Assembly: GCA_023262495.1 (NCBI GenBank)
Contig: JALRAS010000002.1
Location: forward strand, 2,566-66,565
Origin: Bacteroidia bacterium
Lineage (GTDB): Bacteria > Bacteroidota > Bacteroidia > UBA4408
Direction: 5' to 3'
DNA: 64,000 nt
Shown here piece after piece: positions 52,779 to 62,545 of the stretch. A model generated the notes under the pieces. It was not told the origin of the DNA and did no database searches. It saw only the letters and a program-made list of their open reading frames with translations. A program made the translations under genes and the position numbers. The first letter of the stretch is position 1, and each line of letters starts with the position of its first letter.

Positions 52779-53237
52779 GTGAATACATATTTCATTTACA
52801 ACTCTCCAATGAAAATTGCTATAGGTTCTGATCATGCTGGTTTTGAAGCCAAACAATTAATAATTAATTATTTCAATCAAAAGCATATCAACTATCAAGA
52901 TTTTGGTACATATTCCGATCAAAGTGTTGATTATCCTGATTTTGCTCATCCTGTTGCACATGCGGTAGAACATAAAGCATGTGAACTTGGTATATTAATT
53001 TGTGGTAGTGGGCAAGGTGTTAATATTACTGCCAACAAGCATGTTGGTATCCGCTCTGCACTTTGTTGGAACGCACAAATAGCAGCTTTAAGCAGACAGC
53101 ACAACGATGCTAACATTTTAGCAGTACCCGGAAGATTCTTAAACGAACAAGAAATCATCAATATTGTGGAAACATTTATTAATACATCTTTTGAAGGTGG
53201 GCGTCATGCCAACAGAATACAAAAAATACCATGTTGA
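52779..53237 (+). CDS. rpiB: ribose-5-phosphate isomerase B
   Basis: MKIAIGSDHAGFEAK...GILICGSGQGVNITANK RpiB/LacAB motifs. The real start is probably the Met at about 52809. Confidence 0.88.
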   Translation: MNTYFIYNSPMKIAIGSDHAGFEAKQLIINYFNQKHINYQDFGTYSDQSVDYPDFAHPVAHAVEHKACELGILICGSGQGVNITANKHVGIRSALCWNAQIAALSRQHNDANILAVPGRFLNEQEIINIVETFINTSFEGGRHANRIQKIPC

Positions 53238-54445
53238 ATAAAGAAGGAATGAAACGTCAAGAATTTATTTCTCGAGCTGAAAAATATTTAAATAGCCCCG
53301 AAAATATAAACATCAGGGCCACTGAAAATAATAAAATAAATAAGCAGGTAGCACTTGCTAAAACCTATTTTGATAAGTATGAATTAGCCATTCAAAGAAC
53401 TGCCTATCTTAAAAATAAGGCACTTGAAAATAGTGATAAGTTGCTTGCTAATTTTGAGTTTAATTTAAACAATACAAAAGTTAAAGTTATTTGGGCCACC
53501 GATGCTGTTGATGCACTTAAAGAAATAGCAGACATTAGCAAAGAACTTTCATTACCTGTTTATTTTGATGAGGTAAATGTTATCAAAGAAGTTGAGAAGG
53601 AAATTGGTAACTCGAGGCATCACATACCAAGAGCTGACAAACAAAGTAAACAATATATTGGGTTAACAAAAGCTGATTTTATTGTGGCCGACAGCAGTAG
53701 TATTGTATGCTTAAATCATGATAAGCATTCAACACAAATGCAAGGCAAAGCTAAGGCACAAATTTTTATTGCCGGTATTGATGCTTTGATACAAAGCTTT
53801 AATGATATTGAATTGATAGCATCTTTACAAAGCACCAATAAATATGGAGAACCAATACATGCTAACATTTGTATTTACAATGGCAATAAATTGAATGAAG
53901 ATGATGCCTTGAAAGAGGATTTATTTGTGATTTTACTTGATAATGGTCGAACACAAATTTTATCTGATCATGAGCAGCGATCTATTTTAAATTGTATTCA
54001 TTGTGAAGCATGCAAGAGAGCGTGTCCGGTTACCTTGTTTGCTGGTGAAAATGCCTACGGCACCATTTATTCTGGACCTCACGGGGCATTGGTTAGCCAT
54101 CATATCGAAAATAATGAAGATGCTACACACTTAGCTTTTGCTTCAACCCTGTGTTCAAAGTGCAATGATGTGTGCCCTATGAATATTGATTTATCTGCTT
54201 TCATGGCTTACAGTAGAAGAAATGCCGTTAAAAATAAACAAGTAAGTAAAACCGAAAACTTAACCATTTATTTTTGGAAAAATGCGGTAATGAAGCGCAG
54301 CAACATGGATAAAGGTGGTGCAAAAGTAAAAGCATTTATGTTTAAACAAATTCTCAGAAAAGCATGGGGTAATAAACGTGAAATGCCTGTGGTTGCTACA
54401 AAATCTTTTAATCAATTATGGCGAGAAAGAAAAGATTTTGGATAA
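53231..54445 (+). CDS. LutB-like iron-sulfur protein (LUD domain plus 4Fe-4S dicluster)
   Basis: LUD-domain motif IGLTKADFIVADSSSIV. Two Cys clusters CIHCEACKRACPV and CSKCNDVCPM. Overlaps the rpiB stop by 7 nt. Confidence 0.55.
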   Translation: MLNKEGMKRQEFISRAEKYLNSPENINIRATENNKINKQVALAKTYFDKYELAIQRTAYLKNKALENSDKLLANFEFNLNNTKVKVIWATDAVDALKEIADISKELSLPVYFDEVNVIKEVEKEIGNSRHHIPRADKQSKQYIGLTKADFIVADSSSIVCLNHDKHSTQMQGKAKAQIFIAGIDALIQSFNDIELIASLQSTNKYGEPIHANICIYNGNKLNEDDALKEDLFVILLDNGRTQILSDHEQRSILNCIHCEACKRACPVTLFAGENAYGTIYSGPHGALVSHHIENNEDATHLAFASTLCSKCNDVCPMNIDLSAFMAYSRRNAVKNKQVSKTENLTIYFWKNAVMKRSNMDKGGAKVKAFMFKQILRKAWGNKREMPVVATKSFNQLWRERKDFG

Positions 54446-54528
54446 TGATGTAAATACAATTCAACATACATTAAAACTATCTAACTACTTTTTCGTTTCT
54501 TTTAAATTATCAAACATCAATACATACG

Positions 54529-55881
54529 GTGTATTCCAGCGTTAAATATGTTGTCCTTGTGTTATTGCTTGTGCAAATTTTATTGCTTGCATGCAACAGG
54601 AAAGTGGCACCAACTTTTGAAAAAGATGTTGCAAGCATTATTTATGCTAAATGTACCAAGTGTCATAATCCAAATGGCGTTGCTCCCTTTTCGCTTACTT
54701 CATTTGATAACATAAAAAAAAGAGCTAAAACAATTGCCTTTGTAACAAAAAATAGGATAATGCCACCTTGGCCAGCCGACTATACATACACTCACTTTGT
54801 TGGCGAACAGGTTTTAAGCGATGAAGAAATTCAAATTTTGCAAGATTGGGTGCAAGCAGGTTGTTTGCCGGGTGATTTAACAAATGCTCCCAATGCACCT
54901 GTTTACCAATTTAAATCATTTCTAGGTAAGCCCGACTTGGTGCTAACGTATAGCGATACCATGTATTTAAAAGGTGATCACCTAGACCGCTTTTATTTAA
55001 TGAAGTTTCCATATCAAATGTCTCAAGATACAATAGTAAAGGCCATTGAATTTGTACCCGGAAATACCAGTGTTGTGCATCATGTCAACGGTCATATCAT
55101 ACAGTATGATGATGGGATGAAAAAAGATATCTTTTCAGGCAAAAGAGTGATTAGTTCAGATAGCATAGAAGCAGATAAAGTTTATAGTGAGTTGGATGTG
55201 GCCAATGATGATGGCAGCTATCCTGTTTTAACACAAAGCGCAGTAAACTATTTGCCCGGTGTTATGCCAACGGTTTATCCTGAAGGATTATCTGGTTTTA
55301 AATTAAAAAAACAAGGGGCTTTTTTATTTAAAGATATTCATTATGGCCCAACTTCTAGAGATACATTTGATTACAGTAGAATTAATATTTTTTTCGCTAA
55401 AAAAATGCCTGCTCGACTAACGCGAGAATTGCAAATGGGCACATTAGGAATTACGGATATTGAACCACCTTTGGTTATTCCTCCAAACCAAATTAAACGT
55501 TTTATAACCAAAGCAAAAATCAATAAAGATATTAGCATATTGACCATCAATCCACACATGCATAAGTTGGGCAAATCTTTCTGGGCCTACGCCCTACCCC
55601 CTTCAGGCGATACTATTCCATTGATTAAAATTAAGCAATGGGATTTTAATTGGCAGTTTTTTTACACCTTTAAAAAAATGGTGAGAATACCTGCAGGCAG
55701 CACCATCATTGTTGAAGGCATATTCGACAATACTATTCATAATAAAAATAATCCTTTTCACCCTCCGCGAGAAATTGCAGAAAGAGCAGGTAGTATGCGG
55801 GCATCAGATGAAATGTTTCAGTTCATTATCACCCTCATGGATTATCAGCCCGGTGATGAAAACATTTCTCTTGAACCCTAA
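54529..55881 (+). CDS. c-type cytochrome domain fused to a PHM/DBH-like copper type II monooxygenase domain
   Basis: Signal/anchor. CTKCH heme-binding motif with downstream RIMPPW. Candidate CuH ligands VVHHVNGH plus H in IHYGP. CuM-like NPHMHKLGK (compare PHM HTHHLGK) plus downstream Met (SDEMFQF). Confidence 0.5.
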   Translation: MYSSVKYVVLVLLLVQILLLACNRKVAPTFEKDVASIIYAKCTKCHNPNGVAPFSLTSFDNIKKRAKTIAFVTKNRIMPPWPADYTYTHFVGEQVLSDEEIQILQDWVQAGCLPGDLTNAPNAPVYQFKSFLGKPDLVLTYSDTMYLKGDHLDRFYLMKFPYQMSQDTIVKAIEFVPGNTSVVHHVNGHIIQYDDGMKKDIFSGKRVISSDSIEADKVYSELDVANDDGSYPVLTQSAVNYLPGVMPTVYPEGLSGFKLKKQGAFLFKDIHYGPTSRDTFDYSRINIFFAKKMPARLTRELQMGTLGITDIEPPLVIPPNQIKRFITKAKINKDISILTINPHMHKLGKSFWAYALPPSGDTIPLIKIKQWDFNWQFFYTFKKMVRIPAGSTIIVEGIFDNTIHNKNNPFHPPREIAERAGSMRASDEMFQFIITLMDYQPGDENISLEP

Positions 55882-56141
55882 TAGGTAATTAAATCATTTT
55901 AGGAAGATTTTTTTACCAATGGAAAATATAGGAAAGTGTAAAGTTTTAAAGCGACATCCATCTTAAAAGCACTAGCTACTTTCATGCTCAGTTTCAACAG
56001 ATGAATGTGTTTTTTAAAAGCATAAAGTAAATTTGTTTTTGTTATGATGCGTAAGCTTCAGGTGCTATCTGTATAACCTATTCTATATCCTAAAGCGTTA
56101 AGGTATTCATTTCAAATACTTATTTGTTTTAACTTTGCTGC

Positions 56142-58004
56142 ATGTTTAATCATTATGATGTTATAGTAGTTGGTGCCGGTCATGCCGGATGCGAAGCAGC
56201 GGCTGCAGCAGCCAATATGGGATCAAAGGTGCTGCTGGTAACTATGAATATGCAAACCATTGCCCAAATGAGCTGCAATCCTGCTATGGGCGGTATTGCC
56301 AAAGGGCAAATAGTAAGGGAGATTGATGCATTGGGCGGATATAGTGGAATTGTGTCTGATAATTCGGCCTTGCAGTTTCGAATGCTTAATCGATCAAAAG
56401 GTGCAGCTATGTGGAGCCCGCGCACGCAAAACGACAGAGCACGCTTTGCCGAAGAATGGCGATTAATGCTGGAACAAACACCTAATATTGATTTTTGGCA
56501 AGATAATGTGAGCTCCTTGATTATCAAAAATAATAAGGTTGAGGGTGTGGTTACCGGTATGGGACTTTCTATATCATGCGGTGCTGTTATTATCACTAGC
56601 GGTACTTTTTTAAATGGAGTGATACATATTGGCGAAAAGCAATTTGGAGGTGGCAGAACGGGTGAAAAAGCTTCACATGGTATAACTGAGCAATTAGTGT
56701 CACTGGGCTTTGAAGCGGGCCGAATGAAAACAGGCACTCCACCTAGAATTGATGGTAGAAGTTTAGATTATACAAAAATGGAAGTTCAGCATGGTGATGA
56801 GCAACCATCAAAGTTTTCATTTAGCTATACTAAGCCCCTTACGCATCAATTGCCATGTCATATCACCTACACCAATCCTATTGTTCACGAAATTTTAAGA
56901 TCCGGCTTCGATAAGTCACCCATGTATCAGGGCAGAATTTTAGGCAATGGTCCACGCTACTGCCCTTCAATTGAGGATAAGGTTTCAAGATTTGCAGAGC
57001 GCGACAGACATCAATTGTTTGTTGAGCCCGAAGGTTGGAAAACAGTTGAGATTTATGTCAACGGCTTCAGCAGTTCATTGCCTGAAGAGGTACAGCAAAA
57101 GGCATTGGTTAATATACCCGGTTTTGAGCACGCAAAAATGTTTCGTCCCGGCTACGCTATCGAATATGATTACTTCCCTCCTACGCAGCTTCAGTTAACT
57201 TTAGAAACAAAAGAAATTCAAGGTTTATACTTTGCAGGGCAAATTAATGGTACAACAGGATATGAAGAAGCAGCCTGCCAAGGTTTAATGGCAGGCATAA
57301 ACGCGCATTTAAAATTAAACGAGAAAGAACCTTTCGTTCTTGATCGATCTGAAGCATATATTGGAGTGTTGATTGATGATTTGGTAACAAAAGGTACTGA
57401 TGAACCTTATCGCATGTTTACCTCTCGCGCTGAGTACAGAATTTTACTTAGACAAGATAATGCCGATACGCGTTTAACACCGCTTGGCTTTAAAATTGGT
57501 TTGGCCTCAACCGAAAGATTGAAAAGGGTAGAAGAGAAGGTGAAGCAGGTAAATGACCTAGTTAGTTTTATTAAGAGCGAGAGTATTAGTCCTGAAGAAA
57601 TAAACGAGGCCCTGTTGTCAAAAGATAGTGCAAAGATCTCTCAAAAGGTTAAGATGTTTGGAGTTTTAGCAAGACCGAATATTGATTTAATGGTATTTAA
57701 AGAACATATACCTCGTATTGCTGAAGTCTTTGAAAACTATGAAGATGATGAATTGGAGCAGGCTGAGATTTTGGTGAAGTATGAAGGTTATATTCAAAAA
57801 GAAAAGGATTTGGTGGAAAAGCAATATCGTTTAGAATCCTTGGTATTGCATGATGATTTTGATTATACAAGATTGACTTCCTTGGGCGCAGAAGCGAGAG
57901 AAAAGCTTCAAAAAGTACGGCCGAAAACGATTGGACAGGCATCACGAATTAGCGGTATTACGCCTTCCGATATTTCTATCTTAATGGTTTATTTGGGACG
58001 ATGA
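56142..58004 (+). CDS. mnmG: tRNA uridine-5-carboxymethylaminomethyl(34) synthesis enzyme MnmG
   Basis: YDVIVVGAGHAGCEAA FAD motif and GidA family layout. 620 aa. Confidence 0.95.
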   Translation: MFNHYDVIVVGAGHAGCEAAAAAANMGSKVLLVTMNMQTIAQMSCNPAMGGIAKGQIVREIDALGGYSGIVSDNSALQFRMLNRSKGAAMWSPRTQNDRARFAEEWRLMLEQTPNIDFWQDNVSSLIIKNNKVEGVVTGMGLSISCGAVIITSGTFLNGVIHIGEKQFGGGRTGEKASHGITEQLVSLGFEAGRMKTGTPPRIDGRSLDYTKMEVQHGDEQPSKFSFSYTKPLTHQLPCHITYTNPIVHEILRSGFDKSPMYQGRILGNGPRYCPSIEDKVSRFAERDRHQLFVEPEGWKTVEIYVNGFSSSLPEEVQQKALVNIPGFEHAKMFRPGYAIEYDYFPPTQLQLTLETKEIQGLYFAGQINGTTGYEEAACQGLMAGINAHLKLNEKEPFVLDRSEAYIGVLIDDLVTKGTDEPYRMFTSRAEYRILLRQDNADTRLTPLGFKIGLASTERLKRVEEKVKQVNDLVSFIKSESISPEEINEALLSKDSAKISQKVKMFGVLARPNIDLMVFKEHIPRIAEVFENYEDDELEQAEILVKYEGYIQKEKDLVEKQYRLESLVLHDDFDYTRLTSLGAEAREKLQKVRPKTIGQASRISGITPSDISILMVYLGR

Positions 58005-58011
58005 TGCATTT

Positions 58012-58101
58012 GTTTCACGTGAAACATTCAATATTCACATCTTATTTTCTACATAGAATACAGCTAATATTTACGAATTTTTACAAAGTTCCACGTGGAA
58101 C
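58012..58101. promoter_or_regulatory. two related perfect 14-bp palindromes with CACGTG cores upstream of the methyltransferase gene
   Basis: gtttcacgtgaaac (58012-58025) and gttccacgtggaac (58088-58101). The second ends 12 bp before the ATG at 58113. Confidence 0.45.
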
Positions 58102-58112
58102 ACAATTAAATT

Positions 58113-58991
58113 ATGGAACAATTAAGCGCCTGTCCAATCTGTAAAAACACTAGTTTTTCACCCTTTTTAGTTTGTAAAGACTATACAGCAACTCAAGAAA
58201 CTTTCAATATTGTTCGCTGTGGCTCTTGCGATTTTGTGTTTACTAACCCTAGACCTTCACAAGATGAAATAGCAAGATATTACCAAGTAGAAAACTATAT
58301 TTCTCATACGGGAACACAATCAGGCATCATCAATAAATTATATCATTTTGCAAGAAAATTTACACTGAAGCAAAAGTTGAATTTGGTTAACAAACTCACA
58401 TCCAAAGGTAAATTGCTAGATATTGGTTGTGGTACCGGAAATTTTTTACAGGTGGTAAAAAATGACGGGTGGGAGGTGAGCGGAGTTGAACCGGATTCAT
58501 CAGCAAGGAAGTTGGCCATAGAAATTTGTGGCAAAGAAATCTATGATGAAGAATATTTAAACAACAATCAGCAAGCACAATTTGATATCATCAGTATGTG
58601 GCATGTGCTCGAACATGTGCATGCACTCAATCACAGACTTGTACAACTTAAAAACCTATTGAAGCCCAACGGCCGTTTAATTGTGGCTGTGCCCAATTGT
58701 GCTTCATTTGATGCCGCCCACTATAAGCAATATTGGGGAGCATACGATGTGCCACGTCATTTGTATCATTTTAAACCGGCCGATATCAAAAAACTATTTG
58801 AACAAAACCTCTTTGAGGTAGAAAATATTTTACCAATGAAGCTTGATGCATTTTATGTGTCGATGCTCAGCGAGAAGTATAAGGGCGGAAATATGCTATC
58901 TGGAGTTTGGCACGGATTGCGCTCAAATATGCAGGCCGCAAGAAAAAAGGGTACCTACAGCAGTCAGATTTACATCATTAAGCACAAATAG
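58113..58991 (+). CDS. class I SAM-dependent methyltransferase with N-terminal Cys4 zinc ribbon
   Basis: CPICKN...CGSCDF zinc ribbon. Motif I LLDIGCGTGNFL. Methyltransf_11-like. Confidence 0.75.
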   Translation: MEQLSACPICKNTSFSPFLVCKDYTATQETFNIVRCGSCDFVFTNPRPSQDEIARYYQVENYISHTGTQSGIINKLYHFARKFTLKQKLNLVNKLTSKGKLLDIGCGTGNFLQVVKNDGWEVSGVEPDSSARKLAIEICGKEIYDEEYLNNNQQAQFDIISMWHVLEHVHALNHRLVQLKNLLKPNGRLIVAVPNCASFDAAHYKQYWGAYDVPRHLYHFKPADIKKLFEQNLFEVENILPMKLDAFYVSMLSEKYKGGNMLSGVWHGLRSNMQAARKKGTYSSQIYIIKHK

Positions 58992-59201
58992 CCCATTTTT
59001 GTGCGATTTAAGACACCGGCACACCTTTATGGAACTGCGGCATTAAAATTTAAAGAAAGTCAAACAGGATTCATTTTTGCAAGCGCCTTCTGCATCCCTT
59101 TACAGAGAAGAGTTTTGGCGAAATAAGGATAAAGGGTGGAGCATTTTTTAAATAAATTGCGAGTATTTTTAAGTCAGCGGTAATTCAAAAACACTTAGAA
59201 A

Positions 59202-59738
59202 ATGGACAAATTTTTCGCCAAAGTTAAGGATAAAAAATTGTTAAACCAAGCAGAGCAACGTGTTCTATCATTTGAACAAATGTCTAAAATGATACTTCCA
59301 ACTGATTATAGACATTTTCTAATTGATTTGGAAGCATACATTGATTCTAAGAGAATTGATACTGATAAGGATGAATATACCGCACTTACTGAGCATCTAG
59401 ACAATATTTTCTCTGACTACTATTTTACTTTACCTGAAATTAAGGGAGAATTCAATATTGCGGATATAGCAAATATAAGCTTAGGCTTTGCTTTGTTAGA
59501 CGAAATTCAAAAAGGAATGAACAATACCTATACTGACTTTCTAATAATAGGTGATATTTGGCATTCCAGTAATTGTCATTACTTTCTCTCTCTAAGTACA
59601 AAAAAAGACAACCTCGGAGAAGTTTATTTGCTATTAAATAAAGAAGTTAATAATGAGTTGAATCTTACAGAAACTGCACATGGTAATTTTATTTTTGTAT
59701 GTAAATCATTTGATGACTTTATGATGAAAATTTTGTAG
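59202..59738 (+). CDS. hypothetical protein, possibly SMI1/KNR4 (SUKH)-like
   Basis: FLIIGDIWHSSNCHYF resembles the SMI1/KNR4 core. AT-rich gene. Confidence 0.4.
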   Translation: MDKFFAKVKDKKLLNQAEQRVLSFEQMSKMILPTDYRHFLIDLEAYIDSKRIDTDKDEYTALTEHLDNIFSDYYFTLPEIKGEFNIADIANISLGFALLDEIQKGMNNTYTDFLIIGDIWHSSNCHYFLSLSTKKDNLGEVYLLLNKEVNNELNLTETAHGNFIFVCKSFDDFMMKIL

Positions 59739-60041
59739 TACAAACTGTAATTGGGTTGAAATTACTGCCAAAAAGGCTTTGACGACTCTGTTAACCATAA
59801 AAACTTGATTAACAATTCATCCTATACTTATCCTGTTAACTTTTCAGGTGGTCAATTTGAGCCGGTTTGCACTGGTCAGTTTAAATCGGTTTGGGGTGGT
59901 TAATTTCAGCACTTTTTGCAGTGAATTACCCGATCTGATCAAATTGCCATATGACATCATTGTTACATTAAAAAAACTACTATAACAGAAAAATTAATAC
60001 TAATTATTCCATTATAATGGAAATAATCATACTTTCGTAAT

Positions 60042-61175
60042 ATGGAAGTAATAAAAAGACATGCACAAAGCCAATTGGTAAAATGGATTGGTAGGCGAAA
60101 AGTAATCATTCTCACTGGAGCAAGACAAGTGGGTAAAACAACGCTTTTTACCACCATGTTTGGCGAAAAGCAAGGGTTACTGTGGCTTAATGCAGATGAA
60201 ACACATGTACGCGAAAGGTTGCAAATATTGAGTGTAGAAAATTTTAAAGGGATCATCGGTAAAAATACTTGGGTTGTAATAGATGAGATACAAAGAATAC
60301 CCAATGCAGGTTTGATGCTAAAGTTGCTTATTGATAACTTTAAAGATGTACAGTTTTTAGCCACAGGTTCATCAGCCCTAGATATTGCAGAAACTATTTT
60401 TGAGCCCCTCACCGGTAGGCACTTGCTCTTTCATTTGCATTCATTGATGCTTGCTGAAATGTACAACAATTTATCTGCTTTTGAAATTGAACAGAAAATC
60501 CCGTTTCATTTAGTATATGGTTGCTATCCCGATGTATATAACAACCCAAGCGATGCAGCAACTTTATTGAAAAATTTAGCCAATCAATATTTATATAAAG
60601 ATGTGTTGATGTGGAAAGACATCAGAAAACCCCAACTACTCGATAAATTGCTTCAACTTTTGGCTCATCAGATAGGTTCAGAAGTATCTATAGCAGAGCT
60701 GGCTAATCAACTAAAAGTGAAATCGGAAACTGTAGAAAGCTATATTAATTTACTAGAAAAATCATTTGTGGTGTATCGGATGCCTGCCTTTAGCAACAAC
60801 CCACGCAAAGAAATCAGCAAAATGCATAAAATATTCTTTTGGGACAATGGTATTCGCAATGCTATTATCGACAATTTTGATGATACAAGCATAAGAACAG
60901 ATGTGGGAAAACTTTGGGAAAATTTTATCATTACGGAAAGAATGAAATGGTTGGCATGGAACAATCCAGGAGCTAAAAGCTACTTTTGGCGCAACTACAA
61001 CCAAAGTGAGGTAGATTATTTAGAAGTAAATAAAAAACAGATAACGGCCTATGAAATGAAGTGGAATACCGCAAAAAAACATAAGATAACAGCTGCATTT
61101 ACCAACACCTATCCCGAAGCTCAAACCGAAATTATTACCCCAATAAACTTTGCAAGTTTTTGTGGTGTTGAGTGA
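60042..61175 (+). CDS. AAA-domain ATP-binding protein with C-terminal DUF4143
   Basis: Walker A LTGARQVGKTTL and Walker B WVVIDEIQ. C-terminal DUF4143-like region. A 16-bp perfect palindrome ttccattataatggaa sits at 60007-60022 just upstream. Confidence 0.75.
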   Translation: MEVIKRHAQSQLVKWIGRRKVIILTGARQVGKTTLFTTMFGEKQGLLWLNADETHVRERLQILSVENFKGIIGKNTWVVIDEIQRIPNAGLMLKLLIDNFKDVQFLATGSSALDIAETIFEPLTGRHLLFHLHSLMLAEMYNNLSAFEIEQKIPFHLVYGCYPDVYNNPSDAATLLKNLANQYLYKDVLMWKDIRKPQLLDKLLQLLAHQIGSEVSIAELANQLKVKSETVESYINLLEKSFVVYRMPAFSNNPRKEISKMHKIFFWDNGIRNAIIDNFDDTSIRTDVGKLWENFIITERMKWLAWNNPGAKSYFWRNYNQSEVDYLEVNKKQITAYEMKWNTAKKHKITAAFTNTYPEAQTEIITPINFASFCGVE

Positions 61176-61398
61176 TATTTATCGAAAGGGCTTGTTGCCC
61201 ACACTAGCTATGCTAAACTCCTAATAGCACAATAGCTTGGGAGAGGTAAAATCACATCACCCCATCACTTTCCAACTTATCATTACCACAGAGGCACATA
61301 TTTTCTAACCGTAAAATATGCGAAAAATTATGATGATTTTATTGCCTAATGCTAAAAGCAAATTCAAAGCCGGCTAACTTGCTAAGGTTAAGGTATGA

Positions 61399-62286
61399 CT
61401 ACTCCGTAAGCAGTATTTTTTTTGTGAATACTTGTGACCCTGAAGCACCTCTGAAAATGTAAACCCCAGGAGCAAAGGAGTCGAAATGAATAATCTGCTG
61501 TTGTTTGTTTCCACCTTGAACAGCATAAACTTCTTTTCCCATCATGTCTATGATACTGATACTTTCAGGACAATTATCTTTACAATTAACCCAAAGGTTT
61601 TTTTCATGACTCAACCAAGTAAGTTGGATGTTTTCTTCAGTTGTTGATGCTTGAATACCGGTAGGAACATTATCCGTTACTTGTATGTTGTCAACGGCAA
61701 AAGAGGGATTGGTGCCATATCCCGAGTTCACAAACGCGAAGCGGAATCGCAAATCGCTTTGATTTAATAAAGCCGGCACTTGTTGGCTTGACACTGTGGC
61801 TGTAGTCCAAGCTGATTGACTTACGTACTGTGAAACAGGGCTTGTAATTGCTGTCCAGGTGGATCCACTATTGGTACTGTATTCTAGGGTTCCGTAAGAG
61901 GCCAAAACAATTCCTGCCTGACCTACACATAACCAATCGAAGCTCAAGGTAACAGCCCCTGCACCAGTAGTATTAATGCCTGTGGTCATGGTGGCATAAG
62001 AGGTGCCCGATGAACCCATGCCAAGATATCCTGCAAAGGCACAATAGGCGGGCTCAAGGTCGTTGGCAACGTGCAGGTAGTTTCCTCCGCCTTGATCGGG
62101 AGTTGGTGTTACGCAGTTGTAGGTGTTGTTTACCACCCATAAATCGAAATTGTTGGCTTGGCTCAGCGCCCAACCGGCCGAACCGCCAGTAAAATCATTC
62201 GAGTACAAAACATTTTGTGCCAATGCGGCCGATGAAATACAAAGCGCAAGGGTTAAGCTTAAAATAGAGGAGTACATTTTTTTCAT
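61399..62286 (-). CDS. secreted protein with T9SS C-terminal sorting domain
   Basis: Signal peptide. CTD ISIIDMMGKEVYAVQGGNKQQQIIHFDSFAPGVYIFRGASGSQVFTKKILLTE. Confidence 0.7.
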   Translation of the reverse strand: MKKMYSSILSLTLALCISSAALAQNVLYSNDFTGGSAGWALSQANNFDLWVVNNTYNCVTPTPDQGGGNYLHVANDLEPAYCAFAGYLGMGSSGTSYATMTTGINTTGAGAVTLSFDWLCVGQAGIVLASYGTLEYSTNSGSTWTAITSPVSQYVSQSAWTTATVSSQQVPALLNQSDLRFRFAFVNSGYGTNPSFAVDNIQVTDNVPTGIQASTTEENIQLTWLSHEKNLWVNCKDNCPESISIIDMMGKEVYAVQGGNKQQQIIHFDSFAPGVYIFRGASGSQVFTKKILLTE

Positions 62287-62545
62287 TTGAGTGCTAAGTG
62301 TTATATTTTATTTAAGACAAACTTATTCCTGGTTCCAATGTGATATAGCAAATATAATATTGTTTTTTAAAAACAACCTAATTGTTTTGAAATTAGCGCA
62401 AAGACAATTTAATAGCACCCATAGACGCGCATTACAAAATGAAAGTGTTTGATGCATTGCAAATGCAAATAATGATGAGAGGAAGGCGCAAGATCATTGA
62501 TACATTAAAAAATAAAGTTTTAAACTCTGCAAAAGTTTTAGAAAT

